A stretch of DNA of 64,000 nt from the NCBI GenBank assembly GCA_021817455.1, contig JAKAUW010000082.1:42904-106903 (forward strand). Reading direction: 5' to 3'. This stretch comes from Thermoplasmata archaeon (GTDB lineage: Archaea > Thermoplasmatota > Thermoplasmata > Thermoplasmatales > Thermoplasmataceae). A program made the position numbers and the translations under genes. The first letter of the stretch is position 1; each line of letters starts with the position of its first letter. Shown one piece after another: positions 54,859 to 63,781 of this stretch. The notes beneath the pieces were generated by a model. It ran no database searches, was not told where the DNA came from, and was given only the letters and a program-made list of their open reading frames with translations.

Positions 54859-56010
54859 ATGTCAGATGAAAGCCTGCAGGAATATGTCATCTCCATGAGG
54901 AGATACTTTCACGAGAATCCAGAATTGAGTTTCCAGGAAGCCAATACAATCTCTACTATCAGGAAAGAACTGGAAAATATGGGACTCGAAGTTCATGAGG
55001 TTAAGGGAGGAGGGCTTTACGCTGACATACAAGGCACAGAAGGTGGCAAGTCAGTGGCCCTGAGGGCAGATATGGATGGCCTGCCAATAATTGAGGACAC
55101 GGATCTTCCTTTCAAATCAAGGAATCATGGGGTCATGCATGCCTGTGGCCATGATGCCCATGTTGCAATGCTTCTGGGGGTAGCCAAAAGAGCACTTGAA
55201 ATGAAATCGGGGTTCAGGGGTAAAATAAGGCTGCTTTTCCAGGTTGCGGAAGAGAGGCCACCGGGCGGTGCTGTAAATCTCATTGATGCGGGGGCCCTGA
55301 AAGGCATCGACTACGTTCTGGGGCAACATGTCATATCCTCATTTGAAGCCGGGAAGGTTGCAACATTCCGCAGGGAAGCAATGGCCAATGCTGATGAGTT
55401 CAAAATTAGAATAATCGGAAGGGGAGGGCATGGGTCTGCGCCGCATGAAACTGTTGATGCACTGGTTATAGCAGCTGAATTTGTTTCCGAAGCACAAACC
55501 ATTGTTTCCAGGATGATTGATCCTTTCCTTCCATCAGTAGTTACTTTCGGCACCTTCAATTCCGGATTCAGGTACAATGTAATTGCACCCACAGCTGACC
55601 TGACAGGCACTGTCAGGACATTCCACAGGGAGGTCCAGGCAAAAATAAAGTCAGAACTTGAAAATGTCCTAAGGCACGTATGTGCTGCATACGGGGCGGA
55701 ATACCAGTATGAATATTCTGAAGGCTACCCCACTGTCCTCAATACCCCGGAAATAACGGAAGTGGTTGATGCTGTTGCAGGGGAGCATTTAGGAAAGGAA
55801 AACGTCCTGCATCCAAACCCATCCATGGGAGGGGAGGATTTCGCCTACTACCTGCATAAAGTTCCTGGAACATTCTACTTCCTAGGTGTGGGAAACGCCG
55901 CAAAGGGGATTACCAGCCCACAGCACAGCCCAACTTACACTGTTGATGAGGACGCACTGGAAAAGGGAGTGGAAATTCTGCTAGGGAGTGCACTCAGGTT
56001 GCTTGCCTGA
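54859..56010 (+). CDS. M20 family amidohydrolase (N-acyl-L-amino acid amidohydrolase / hippuricase type)
   Basis: 383-aa ORF with RRYFHENPELSFQE, MHACGHDAH and FQVAEERPPGGA metal-ligand blocks. Confidence 0.85.
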   Translation: MSDESLQEYVISMRRYFHENPELSFQEANTISTIRKELENMGLEVHEVKGGGLYADIQGTEGGKSVALRADMDGLPIIEDTDLPFKSRNHGVMHACGHDAHVAMLLGVAKRALEMKSGFRGKIRLLFQVAEERPPGGAVNLIDAGALKGIDYVLGQHVISSFEAGKVATFRREAMANADEFKIRIIGRGGHGSAPHETVDALVIAAEFVSEAQTIVSRMIDPFLPSVVTFGTFNSGFRYNVIAPTADLTGTVRTFHREVQAKIKSELENVLRHVCAAYGAEYQYEYSEGYPTVLNTPEITEVVDAVAGEHLGKENVLHPNPSMGGEDFAYYLHKVPGTFYFLGVGNAAKGITSPQHSPTYTVDEDALEKGVEILLGSALRLLA

Positions 56011-56140
56011 GGCAGGATTTTCGTCTATCCCTATAACGCCATTCTTAATAGGAAGATGATAATATTTTTCAGTGAGTTAAACGGCCGCTGAAAATTTTAA
56101 TCCCGTATTTTTCCTCGAATCCATAGGATCATTTGCCATA

Positions 56141-56884
56141 GTGCTTGCGCTGCTGATCTTGTACAGGAAGCGTGGCCTTGAGCTGGCAGTCCTGGCCATT
56201 TCTGCAGTGTCTTATTTCCTTGCAATCGCCCTTAAGACTGTTCTGCAGAGCTTCACCCTTGCCGGCATTGAGTCAGCTTTCGGATATTCAAGTGTTCCAA
56301 CAGCGCTGTATTTTGGGGCCCAGACTGCAATTTTTGAAGTCTTCGGGGCTTATCTGTTTGTTTTAGCCTTCAGGAGGCATATCAGGCAGAAGAATGCTGA
56401 GGCATACGGCCTTTCCCTGGCTTTCTGGGAGAACGGGGTGCTGCTTGGCCTCCTGCCTCTCATAAGCCTGGTTTCAGATTTCTTCATTATTGCTTCAGGG
56501 CCGCCATCCCTGAGTTCTCTAGTTTCAGGCGAGCTCCAGAAGTCCAGCCCCGGCCTGTTTGTAGGAACCCTTCAGGCTTTGCCAGTAATAGGTTACTCCA
56601 TACTGGAGAGGGTATCCTCGCTCATGTTGCACTTTGCCTGGGGATTTCTCGTTGTGACCTCGATATCATTCAGCAGGAAACGCTACCTTGCATATGCAAT
56701 CCCCATAGGCTTTGTTGACAGTGTGGTGCCATTTGCAGGAATCCTAGGCCTTCCATTGACTGAGGCAATATTCTTTGCCATAGGGGTTGCAGCGCTTTTC
56801 CTCGTGCTTGCTGTGCGGAAGAATGTTTCAAAAATTGTTCCGGAGGATATAAATGGGAGGACATCCGCTGGCCCCAGGAACTGA
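56141..56884 (+). CDS. 7-TM membrane protein, possibly YhfC-type intramembrane protease
   Basis: 247-aa ORF from a GTG start. The helix pattern with AIFEVFGAY and HFAWGFLV blocks resembles YhfC. Tentative. Confidence 0.4.
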   Translation: MLALLILYRKRGLELAVLAISAVSYFLAIALKTVLQSFTLAGIESAFGYSSVPTALYFGAQTAIFEVFGAYLFVLAFRRHIRQKNAEAYGLSLAFWENGVLLGLLPLISLVSDFFIIASGPPSLSSLVSGELQKSSPGLFVGTLQALPVIGYSILERVSSLMLHFAWGFLVVTSISFSRKRYLAYAIPIGFVDSVVPFAGILGLPLTEAIFFAIGVAALFLVLAVRKNVSKIVPEDINGRTSAGPRN

Positions 56885-56906
56885 AGGCCAGTGTTCCATC
56901 GTGAGC

Positions 56907-57440
56907 TTAATTCTTAGGTGCAAAGGCTTCCATGCTGATGGAGAGGTTAACCTTGTCCCCTACCATCAGGCCTCCGCCTTCAAGGACCATGTTCCATTTC
57001 ACGCCGAAATCCTGCCTGTTGATTGTTGTTGAGGCGGTCAGCCCGAATCGCAGGTTTCCGTACGGGTCTGTTATGACGCCGCTGTGTTCCCCTTTCAGTG
57101 TTACTTCCTTTGTGATTCCACGAATTGTAAGGTCGCCCACTACTTCCAGGTCCTCGCCTTTTGCATTTATCTTCTTTGTGACAAAGGTAATATCCTGGAA
57201 CTTTTCGCTGGCAAAGAGGTCATCGGACCTGAGATGGTTGTCCCTGTCCTGGTTTCCTGTGGCTATGCTCTTTGCCTTTACGACGACCTTTGCCTTCATG
57301 GTGCTGAAGTCATCCGCGTCTCCAATGATCTCGCCGTCAAAATCCTCGAATTTACCCCTTACTGTTGAAATCATCATGTGCTTGACACTGAATTCCATGG
57401 CGGAATGTGCCTTGTCAATTGTCCAGTTCTTAACTGCCAT
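56907..57440 (-). CDS. YceI-like polyisoprenoid-binding protein
   Basis: 177-aa ORF with WTIDKAHSAMEFSVKHMMISTVRGKF and DRDNHLRSDDLF blocks typical of YceI. Confidence 0.8.
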   Translation of the reverse strand: MAVKNWTIDKAHSAMEFSVKHMMISTVRGKFEDFDGEIIGDADDFSTMKAKVVVKAKSIATGNQDRDNHLRSDDLFASEKFQDITFVTKKINAKGEDLEVVGDLTIRGITKEVTLKGEHSGVITDPYGNLRFGLTASTTINRQDFGVKWNMVLEGGGLMVGDKVNLSISMEAFAPKN

Positions 57441-57466
57441 GGTACCAAATTGTGTCTTCTTATTTA

Positions 57467-57487
57467 TAACTTACCTTCAGTAAGTTA
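57467..57487. promoter_or_regulatory. perfect inverted repeat TAACTTAC-n5-GTAAGTTA in the yceI / hxlR divergent promoter region
   Basis: 8-bp arms and a 5-nt spacer. A third TAACTTA half-site lies at 57535-57541, just before the hxlR-type start at 57553. Confidence 0.35.
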
Positions 57488-57552
57488 ATACATAAATTAC
57501 ATTCAATTTAGAGAATACATTTAAATACTGTCAGTAACTTATTATAGGTAAG

Positions 57553-57942
57553 ATGGTGGTGAGTAAAGTTACTGAAGTGATAACACACGAGAGTCCCATA
57601 GAGGAGACCTGCCCCATTGTGAATGCGATCAGGGAGATAGGCGGTGAATGGAAACTCATAGTGATCAGGTATCTGGCTGACGGCCCGCAGGGTTTCAACG
57701 ATCTCATGAAGACAATTCCCGACGTGAATTCCAAGACTCTTGCCGCCACCCTTAAATATCTTGAAGAAAAGAGCATAATAAGCAGGGTGGTTGAGAGCAC
57801 CAGGCCCTTCAGGGTAAAATACTCACTCACGGAAAAGGGCACATCCCTTGGGGGAGCACTATCAGACCTAAAGAAATGGGGAGAGCAGTGGATCGGGAAG
57901 ACAAAGCCCGTAAAATCGGCTAAGGCATTGCCCCACTCCTAA
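57553..57942 (+). CDS. HxlR family transcriptional regulator
   Basis: 129-aa ORF with CPIVNAIREIGGEWKLIVIRYLADGPQGFNDLMKTIPDVNSKTLAATLKYLEE, a canonical HxlR winged helix. Confidence 0.8.
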   Translation: MVVSKVTEVITHESPIEETCPIVNAIREIGGEWKLIVIRYLADGPQGFNDLMKTIPDVNSKTLAATLKYLEEKSIISRVVESTRPFRVKYSLTEKGTSLGGALSDLKKWGEQWIGKTKPVKSAKALPHS

Positions 57943-57994
57943 GATATTCGGTTTAAAAGTTAATAGGGGCACTCAGGTATTTCATCTGGTCAAA

Positions 57995-58177
57995 ATGACT
58001 TCGTATAGTTTTAGGTGCAAGGATATCGGAATGGACTGCGGATTTGAGACGAAAGCCGATTCAATGGAATCAATTATGCCAAAAATAACCAAGCATGCCT
58101 CTGAGGTACATAACATTAAGCAGATGCCCGAGGACCTGAAGAAGAAGGTTTCTGCAGCCATTAAGGTAATGCACTGA
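57995..58177 (+). CDS. DUF1059 small protein
   Basis: 60-aa ORF; FRCKDIGMDCGFE ... HASEVH matches the DUF1059 pattern. Confidence 0.65.
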   Translation: MTSYSFRCKDIGMDCGFETKADSMESIMPKITKHASEVHNIKQMPEDLKKKVSAAIKVMH

Positions 58178-58241
58178 CTGAAAGAAATCGAGCCAATCTT
58201 TTTCTTCTTTTTTCTCTTTTCAATTGGGAAGAGGGCATATT

Positions 58242-59300
58242 ATGATCATAGTTATCGGAGCCGGCAGAATGGGAAGGGTAATTGCCCAGGAACTTTCCAG
58301 GAGCCATGAGGTACTGGCGGTTGATTCAAGTGAAGCATCGCTGTCCAAATTAGAGGGAATAAGATCATTCAAGGGCAATTTCAAGGACGTTCCGGAATTG
58401 GGGGAGGCTGACCTTGTGGTTACTGCCCTTCCGTCGGAAATCGCAGAACAGGTGATTGAATATATCCTCCTGAAGGGACGGAATGTGGTGGATATTTCAT
58501 TCACAGATTATGACCCGTTCAAGTTCGATGAGATAGCTAAGGCACATGGCTGCATGTACCTGCCCCATGCAGGTTTTGCCCCCGGCCTTTCAAACATTCT
58601 TGCAGGAAAGCTTCACTATGGGCACAGGTCAAGGAACATAGAGATAATTGTAGCAGGCCTTCAGGAAAAGCCATTTCCTCCAATGGGGTATATCCCGACA
58701 TTCAATGCTTCCAGCGTAATCGACGAATACACCAGGCCCGCAAGGTACATTGAAAATGGATCACTGAAGGAGGCACTGCCGCTTGAAACCATAGACACCA
58801 TGGAGGTTGAAGGGTTCGGCAAGCTGGATTCTTTCTATTCTGATGGGCTTTCAACAATCCTTCAGACTTTCAGGGACGGCTCTGTGGTTGAAAAGACACT
58901 GAGGCACCCTGGCCATATGGAAAAGATGAAGTTTCTCAATGATATGGGCTACTTCAGCAGTGAGAAGATAGGCGGGTCCAGCGCCAGGGAAATATCTGAC
59001 GAACTCTTCAGGAGGACCGTGAGGGATGTTCCGGATGTGAGCATACTCAAGGTTATACCACTTGACAAAAGGGGCCCTGAATTCTCAATCGTGGATCATT
59101 ACGACAGCAAGAACATTATAAGCTCCATGGGCCGGATGACGGGTTTCTCCGCTGCAGCAATGGCTATGGCAGTGCTGGAGTCAAAAATAAATGGTACAGG
59201 AGTATTTCCCGCTGAGTGGATAGGAAAGGATGACACTGCATTCAGCTTTATAATGGAATACTTGAAGGAACGCTCTATTGATATCAGAGTTAAAGGTTGA
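58242..59300 (+). CDS. saccharopine dehydrogenase-like oxidoreductase
   Basis: The ATG at 58242 gives MIIVIGAGRMGRVIAQEL (Rossmann fold). A C-terminal Sacchrp_dh-like domain is present. The ORF opens at a TTG at 58224. Confidence 0.7.
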   Translation: MIIVIGAGRMGRVIAQELSRSHEVLAVDSSEASLSKLEGIRSFKGNFKDVPELGEADLVVTALPSEIAEQVIEYILLKGRNVVDISFTDYDPFKFDEIAKAHGCMYLPHAGFAPGLSNILAGKLHYGHRSRNIEIIVAGLQEKPFPPMGYIPTFNASSVIDEYTRPARYIENGSLKEALPLETIDTMEVEGFGKLDSFYSDGLSTILQTFRDGSVVEKTLRHPGHMEKMKFLNDMGYFSSEKIGGSSAREISDELFRRTVRDVPDVSILKVIPLDKRGPEFSIVDHYDSKNIISSMGRMTGFSAAAMAMAVLESKINGTGVFPAEWIGKDDTAFSFIMEYLKERSIDIRVKG

Positions 59301-59345
59301 CCCACTAAACTTGGCCATGTTCTTCATGCAATGAATGTGAAAAAC

Positions 59346-59585
59346 TCAGAACTTATGGCCATTAAACAAGAGAATAGTTAAATGGCGGTTTTGGGCTGAA
59401 ATAAAATCCCCATTCCAGTAGCTTGTACCGTATGGTGAAAGCAGGGAACTGATTGATTTAATATAATGAATCGGAAATTGTACCTCAACGCATGGAGTAG
59501 TGACAGGGACCACCGGTATGAGGAACACTGCAGCGATTACCAGAATTATTCCCACCAGGCTGGCAGAAATGAATCTTCTGTTCAT
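59346..59585 (-). CDS. small membrane-anchored hypothetical protein
   Basis: 79-aa ORF with a single N-terminal helix SLVGIILVIAAVFLIPVVPV. Confidence 0.3.
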   Translation of the reverse strand: MNRRFISASLVGIILVIAAVFLIPVVPVTTPCVEVQFPIHYIKSISSLLSPYGTSYWNGDFISAQNRHLTILLFNGHKF

Positions 59586-59726
59586 TTACCTTAACCACGC
59601 CTCTACATTATATAACTCCTCTTGAGTAAAACGTTGGCCGCACTGCTGTCGATGCAGCATCCGGCATAAATAACTGAACATTTAATTCATTGCCATTCCA
59701 TAAATAAGAGGACGGGATAACAAATC

Positions 59727-61073
59727 ATGAATTCCCCACTCAGGATTGTTGTTATAGGTGGAGATGCAGCAGGGATGAGTGCTGCATCACGTGCAAGGAA
59801 ATACGCCCCGGACAGCACGGTAGTTGTCTACGAGGCGGGTGGCCATGTTTCATATTCCGCATGCGGGATGCCATTCTATCTTAGCGGAGATGTCCGGGAT
59901 TTTGATGATTTGATTCACTACCCGGTGTCCAAATTCGTGGAGGAAAGGAAGATAAATGTACAGCTCTTTTCCCGCGTTATTTCCATTGATGTATCTGCCA
60001 AGTCACTCGAGGTGCAGAAAGATGGCGAGGTTTTCCAGGACCGCTATGACCGGCTAATAATTGCCACTGGTGCGAGGCCGCAGATACCTGAGATGTTTAA
60101 GGATAAGTCTAATGTTCATACTCTCAGGCATATAGATGATCTCCTCCCGCTGGAGGAGGCAATGGGCAAAGTCCAGTCCGTGGCAATCATTGGCGCCGGA
60201 TATATTGGGCTTGAAATGGCTGAGGCCTTTACAAAAATGGGCAAAGATGTCACTTTGATACAGAGATCTGAACGCCTCCTGAGGGGATTTGACGAGGATT
60301 TCCATCCAGCAATAACAAGGGAGCTTGAGAACAACAAGGTAAAGCTGCTCCTGAATTCTCCGGTCAAGGGAGTTGTTTCCGATGGCGACAGGATCGCCTC
60401 CATAAAGGCCGGTGATAGCGAAGTGCATACAGACGCAGTATTTGTTGCCACGGGTGTTATCCCAAACAGTGAATTCGCAGCACAGGCAGGCATCAGGACA
60501 GGCATCGCCGGGGCAATCGTGGTCAATGATAGAATGCAGACAAGCGCACCCATGGTATTTGCAGCGGGTGATGTTGCAACTACAAGGCACCTTGTCACAG
60601 GCAAGGATGTCTATTTCCCCCTTGCCACAGGCTCTAACAAAAGCGGGAGGACCGCTGGGGAAAATGCCGCTGGAAAGCGGACAGTGTATGGCGGGATTGT
60701 GGGTACTGAAGTAGTCAAGGTATTTTCCCTGGAAGTGGGGAGGACAGGCCTGACGGAACAGGAGGCAAAACAGAACAGGTTCAGGCCGGTTTCAGCTGTG
60801 ATAACATCTAGTACGCGATCTTCTTACTTCCCCGGCTCTGCATCCCTCAAGATCAAGCTGATTGCGGACGAGAACACCCACAGATTCCTTGGAGGAATGC
60901 TGGTGGGTAAGGAAGGTGTTGCCAAGAGGCTTGATGTCCTCGCTGCTGCACTTTATGGAAGGATGAGGATCGAGGATCTCACCAAGATTGACTACTCATA
61001 TTCCCCTCCGTTTGCACCCTCCTGGGAGCCTATAGGGGTTGCCGCTGACGTGCTGCTCAGCAAACTTACATGA
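59727..61073 (+). CDS. CoA-disulfide reductase / NADH oxidase family flavoprotein
   Basis: 448-aa ORF with IVVIGGDAAGMSAA, single redox Cys block SYSACGMPFY, second Rossmann IIGAGYIGLEMAE and AAGDVA. Confidence 0.8.
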   Translation: MNSPLRIVVIGGDAAGMSAASRARKYAPDSTVVVYEAGGHVSYSACGMPFYLSGDVRDFDDLIHYPVSKFVEERKINVQLFSRVISIDVSAKSLEVQKDGEVFQDRYDRLIIATGARPQIPEMFKDKSNVHTLRHIDDLLPLEEAMGKVQSVAIIGAGYIGLEMAEAFTKMGKDVTLIQRSERLLRGFDEDFHPAITRELENNKVKLLLNSPVKGVVSDGDRIASIKAGDSEVHTDAVFVATGVIPNSEFAAQAGIRTGIAGAIVVNDRMQTSAPMVFAAGDVATTRHLVTGKDVYFPLATGSNKSGRTAGENAAGKRTVYGGIVGTEVVKVFSLEVGRTGLTEQEAKQNRFRPVSAVITSSTRSSYFPGSASLKIKLIADENTHRFLGGMLVGKEGVAKRLDVLAAALYGRMRIEDLTKIDYSYSPPFAPSWEPIGVAADVLLSKLT

Positions 61074-61213
61074 GAAAAAAGTAATGATTGGTTCTCCGTT
61101 TGCTTGACTGAGGGAAGGGTCCTTCGATTCTGGAGCAGTCAAATTGGGAGTATTGCAGGAAAATAGATACTAGTGGGCACTGGCAGCTAACCCACTTTAT
61201 GAGCCTGCATCAA

Positions 61214-61555
61214 TTAAAATGTAATTGGAATGTATCCATCATTAACTAAAGCCGATAGCCTTTCCCCAGACGGTTTTAGCTCCACTCCCCTGCTAACAAC
61301 TTTTTCCTCGATGGAGAGCTTCTTTGCCACAAAAGCGCATGCGGAGTCAATTACCCTGTTTCCTATTAAGTAGTCCACAACTTCCTTCACACTCTTGTCC
61401 TCATCAAGAAGAAGTTTCTGGCTGGACCCATGTATGATAACTTTGACATCTGCGAATCTCTTGAATTCGTGGGACCTCTTTGCAACGTTAAGCCCAAGCA
61501 CTGCCCTTTCTTTTTCGTTCTCTCCCGCCACTATATAAAACAAAGCTTTCTGCAT
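61214..61555 (-). CDS. DsrE/DsrF-like family protein
   Basis: 113-aa ORF. The alpha/beta pattern with an N-terminal FYIVAGENEKERA and VKVIIHGSS resembles DsrE-like proteins. Tentative. Confidence 0.45.
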   Translation of the reverse strand: MQKALFYIVAGENEKERAVLGLNVAKRSHEFKRFADVKVIIHGSSQKLLLDEDKSVKEVVDYLIGNRVIDSACAFVAKKLSIEEKVVSRGVELKPSGERLSALVNDGYIPITF

Positions 61556-61701
61556 TTAAACCGCACCTGTATGGCCAATGGATTAAAAACCTTATCAGAC
61601 TGGTGCAAGCATTTGCAGGCAAATATGGTGCAGCTAGTCTGCCATATAGCAATTATCAGGGACTTCTACCATATTTATAAGCAGGGATGGAATGTTAAAT
61701 C

Positions 61702-62208
61702 ATGGCAATGGAAAGCACTACCTTAGATGAGGTAAAATTCCGCACGAGCATCAACATTCCCGAGAAATCAAGGGATAAAATCATATCAATATTGAACAGG
61801 GATCTGGCAGCTGCATCCGACCTGTACTCTCAGACCAAGCAGGCCCACTGGAACGTCAAGGGAGAGAATTTTTACCAGTTCCACGAACTCTTTGACAAAC
61901 TTGCAGATGAGATTGAGGAAGCGGTTGATGATATTGCAGAAAGAGTAACTGCTCTTGGCGGCTATGCTCTTGGCACGGTGAGAATGGCTGCTGAAAACTC
62001 ATATCTGGTTGAATATAACTGCCATTCCGGACACAGCATTGAACATGTGAAGGTTCTGGCGGAAAGATATGCAGCCTTCGCCAAGAGGTCCAGGGAAATG
62101 ATCGAAACCACCGCTGAACTGGGAGATCTGTCAACATCAGACCTTTACACTGATATTTCAAGGGCAGCTGACAAGGCGCTATGGTTCCTTGAGGCTCATC
62201 TCCAGTGA
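61702..62208 (+). CDS. dps: Dps family DNA-protecting ferritin-like protein
   Basis: 168-aa ORF with the ferroxidase-site context QTKQAHWNVKGENFYQFHELFD ... DDIAERV. Confidence 0.85.
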   Translation: MAMESTTLDEVKFRTSINIPEKSRDKIISILNRDLAAASDLYSQTKQAHWNVKGENFYQFHELFDKLADEIEEAVDDIAERVTALGGYALGTVRMAAENSYLVEYNCHSGHSIEHVKVLAERYAAFAKRSREMIETTAELGDLSTSDLYTDISRAADKALWFLEAHLQ

Positions 62209-62297
62209 TTTTCCAGGAGACACAACACTCTTTTTTCGCCTCCAGTTTACATTTTTCCTGATTTTTATATTCATGCAATAAATTTAGTAAACTTTAA

Positions 62298-62316
62298 TAG
62301 CATTAGTATAATGCTA
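62298..62316. promoter_or_regulatory. 19-bp perfect palindrome TAGCATTAgtaTAATGCTA, candidate DtxR-family operator
   Basis: 8-bp arms and a 3-nt centre, ending 5 nt before the ATG of the DtxR-family gene. The length and symmetry match classical 19-bp DtxR/IdeR operators. Confidence 0.45.
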
Positions 62317-62320
62317 ATTC

Positions 62321-62731
62321 ATGACCAAGCTCACTAACAATGTAAGCAAGAGGGAAAGAGACTGCCTTATCCTGCTGAAAGAGGAGTCACGTGGCGATTT
62401 CCCCATGAGGCTCCATGAGATTGCCTCAACCATGCATATCAAGCCCCCCACAGCATTGAATATAATAAGGAGGCTCAAGTCCAAAGGTTTTGTCGATGCC
62501 CAGGATGGCATGGTGAAGCTTACTAACTCAGGGGACAGCCTTTCCAAAAGTATTCTGATGGTACACAGGACATTTGAGTCACTTTTCTGCCAGAGCGGAG
62601 TCCCGGAGTCAAGGGCCTGCAAGGAAGCAGGCGAAATAGATTTCCTTATAAACAGGGAAAACGCAATGAAGGTTCTCAAGAGGATAGACAGTCCGGCAGC
62701 ATGCCCTCATGGAAAACCTATAAAGGTGTAA
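62321..62731 (+). CDS. DtxR/MntR family metal-dependent repressor
   Basis: 136-aa ORF with a winged HTH (MRLHEIASTMHIKPPTALNIIRRLKSKGFV) and a metal-binding/dimerisation helix region (HRTFESLF ... ACPHGKPI). Confidence 0.8.
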   Translation: MTKLTNNVSKRERDCLILLKEESRGDFPMRLHEIASTMHIKPPTALNIIRRLKSKGFVDAQDGMVKLTNSGDSLSKSILMVHRTFESLFCQSGVPESRACKEAGEIDFLINRENAMKVLKRIDSPAACPHGKPIKV

Positions 62732-62735
62732 TCAG

Positions 62736-63680
62736 ATGGCATTCATCAACTTATGGAATCCCACGGATACTGGCCTGCTTGTAGTACTGTTTACATCATA
62801 TCTCCTGGGGATAGTCCATGGAATCACTCCCGATGAGCACACCTGGCCTATCACATTTTCTTATGCAATAGGAAGCTACAGTTCAAAACGGGGAATGAAG
62901 GCTGGAATGACATTCTCAGCGGGATTCACGCTCCAAAGGGCGCTGCTTTCGGAAATAGCTTTCTTTGCACTGGCGGGCATCTTCATGTCTGCATCAGTTG
63001 ACGGAATAAGCTATATTGCGGTGGGAATAGGGATGGCATTTGCGGGAATTTACATATCAAGGAAAGGAAGAGTGGCTCACCTTCACCTGCTTGAGAAGAA
63101 TCTTTACAAAGTGTTTGGAATTCACAGGCACAAGGAGCACAGGGAAGAGGAGGAACTTTCACATATGTCCAATCCTGTTATTGACGACGAGGGAAAGCCA
63201 ATTCCACTGAAACTTGCATTTGTGCATGGCCTCATAGCCGGATTCGGTTTCGGTGCTTTCGCGCTAATTCTCTATACAGTCCTCGCCCCGGCAATGCCCT
63301 CCCCATGGCTTGGATTTCTTCCCGGGCTGCTATTCGGCCTTGGTACAATGACGATGCAAGTCATACTTGGCGCAGGTTTCGGCACATGGCTCACACGGAA
63401 CAAGAACCTCAGTGCGAAGGGGCTGCAGGTAGTCTCCAGCGGCATAACACGATATGTTCTCACCTATGGCGGCATAGCGTTCCTGCTTGCAGGTTTCCTT
63501 GTGCTTGCGTTTCCCAATCTTAACAGCATCAGCATATTCACAGGCATAAAGATACACAACCTGGACTCACTTGGAATTGGGTTCTTCCTTGTTGTGATAG
63601 TGGTTGTCGTGATCGGGCTCGTAGGATATGTGAAATCAATGAGGATGGCGAAGGAGCAGGGCCTTGTGAGAAGTGAATAA
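62736..63680 (+). CDS. metal cation transporter candidate with His/Glu-rich cytoplasmic loop
   Basis: 314-aa ORF with about 6-8 TM, a TM1 motif HGITPDEHTWP and a loop HRHKEHREEEELSH. Lies 4 nt downstream of the repressor gene. Confidence 0.45.
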   Translation: MAFINLWNPTDTGLLVVLFTSYLLGIVHGITPDEHTWPITFSYAIGSYSSKRGMKAGMTFSAGFTLQRALLSEIAFFALAGIFMSASVDGISYIAVGIGMAFAGIYISRKGRVAHLHLLEKNLYKVFGIHRHKEHREEEELSHMSNPVIDDEGKPIPLKLAFVHGLIAGFGFGAFALILYTVLAPAMPSPWLGFLPGLLFGLGTMTMQVILGAGFGTWLTRNKNLSAKGLQVVSSGITRYVLTYGGIAFLLAGFLVLAFPNLNSISIFTGIKIHNLDSLGIGFFLVVIVVVVIGLVGYVKSMRMAKEQGLVRSE

Positions 63681-63781
63681 TTCCCCTTTTTTAATCCCTT
63701 AAAAAAAGAATGACTGGAGGTGTAGCTGACGCTGCAATCTCCGGGTAAAATATTGAAACATAAGACGAGTCCCTTTCATCT

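Noticed and set aside
61104-61142. Inverted repeat TTGACTG-n25-CAGTCAA downstream of the CoA-disulfide reductase gene, as a possible terminator hairpin.
   Set aside because: It is a 7-bp stem with a 25-nt loop and no following oligo-T tract. Archaeal termination does not require hairpins, and it is not distinguishable from chance.
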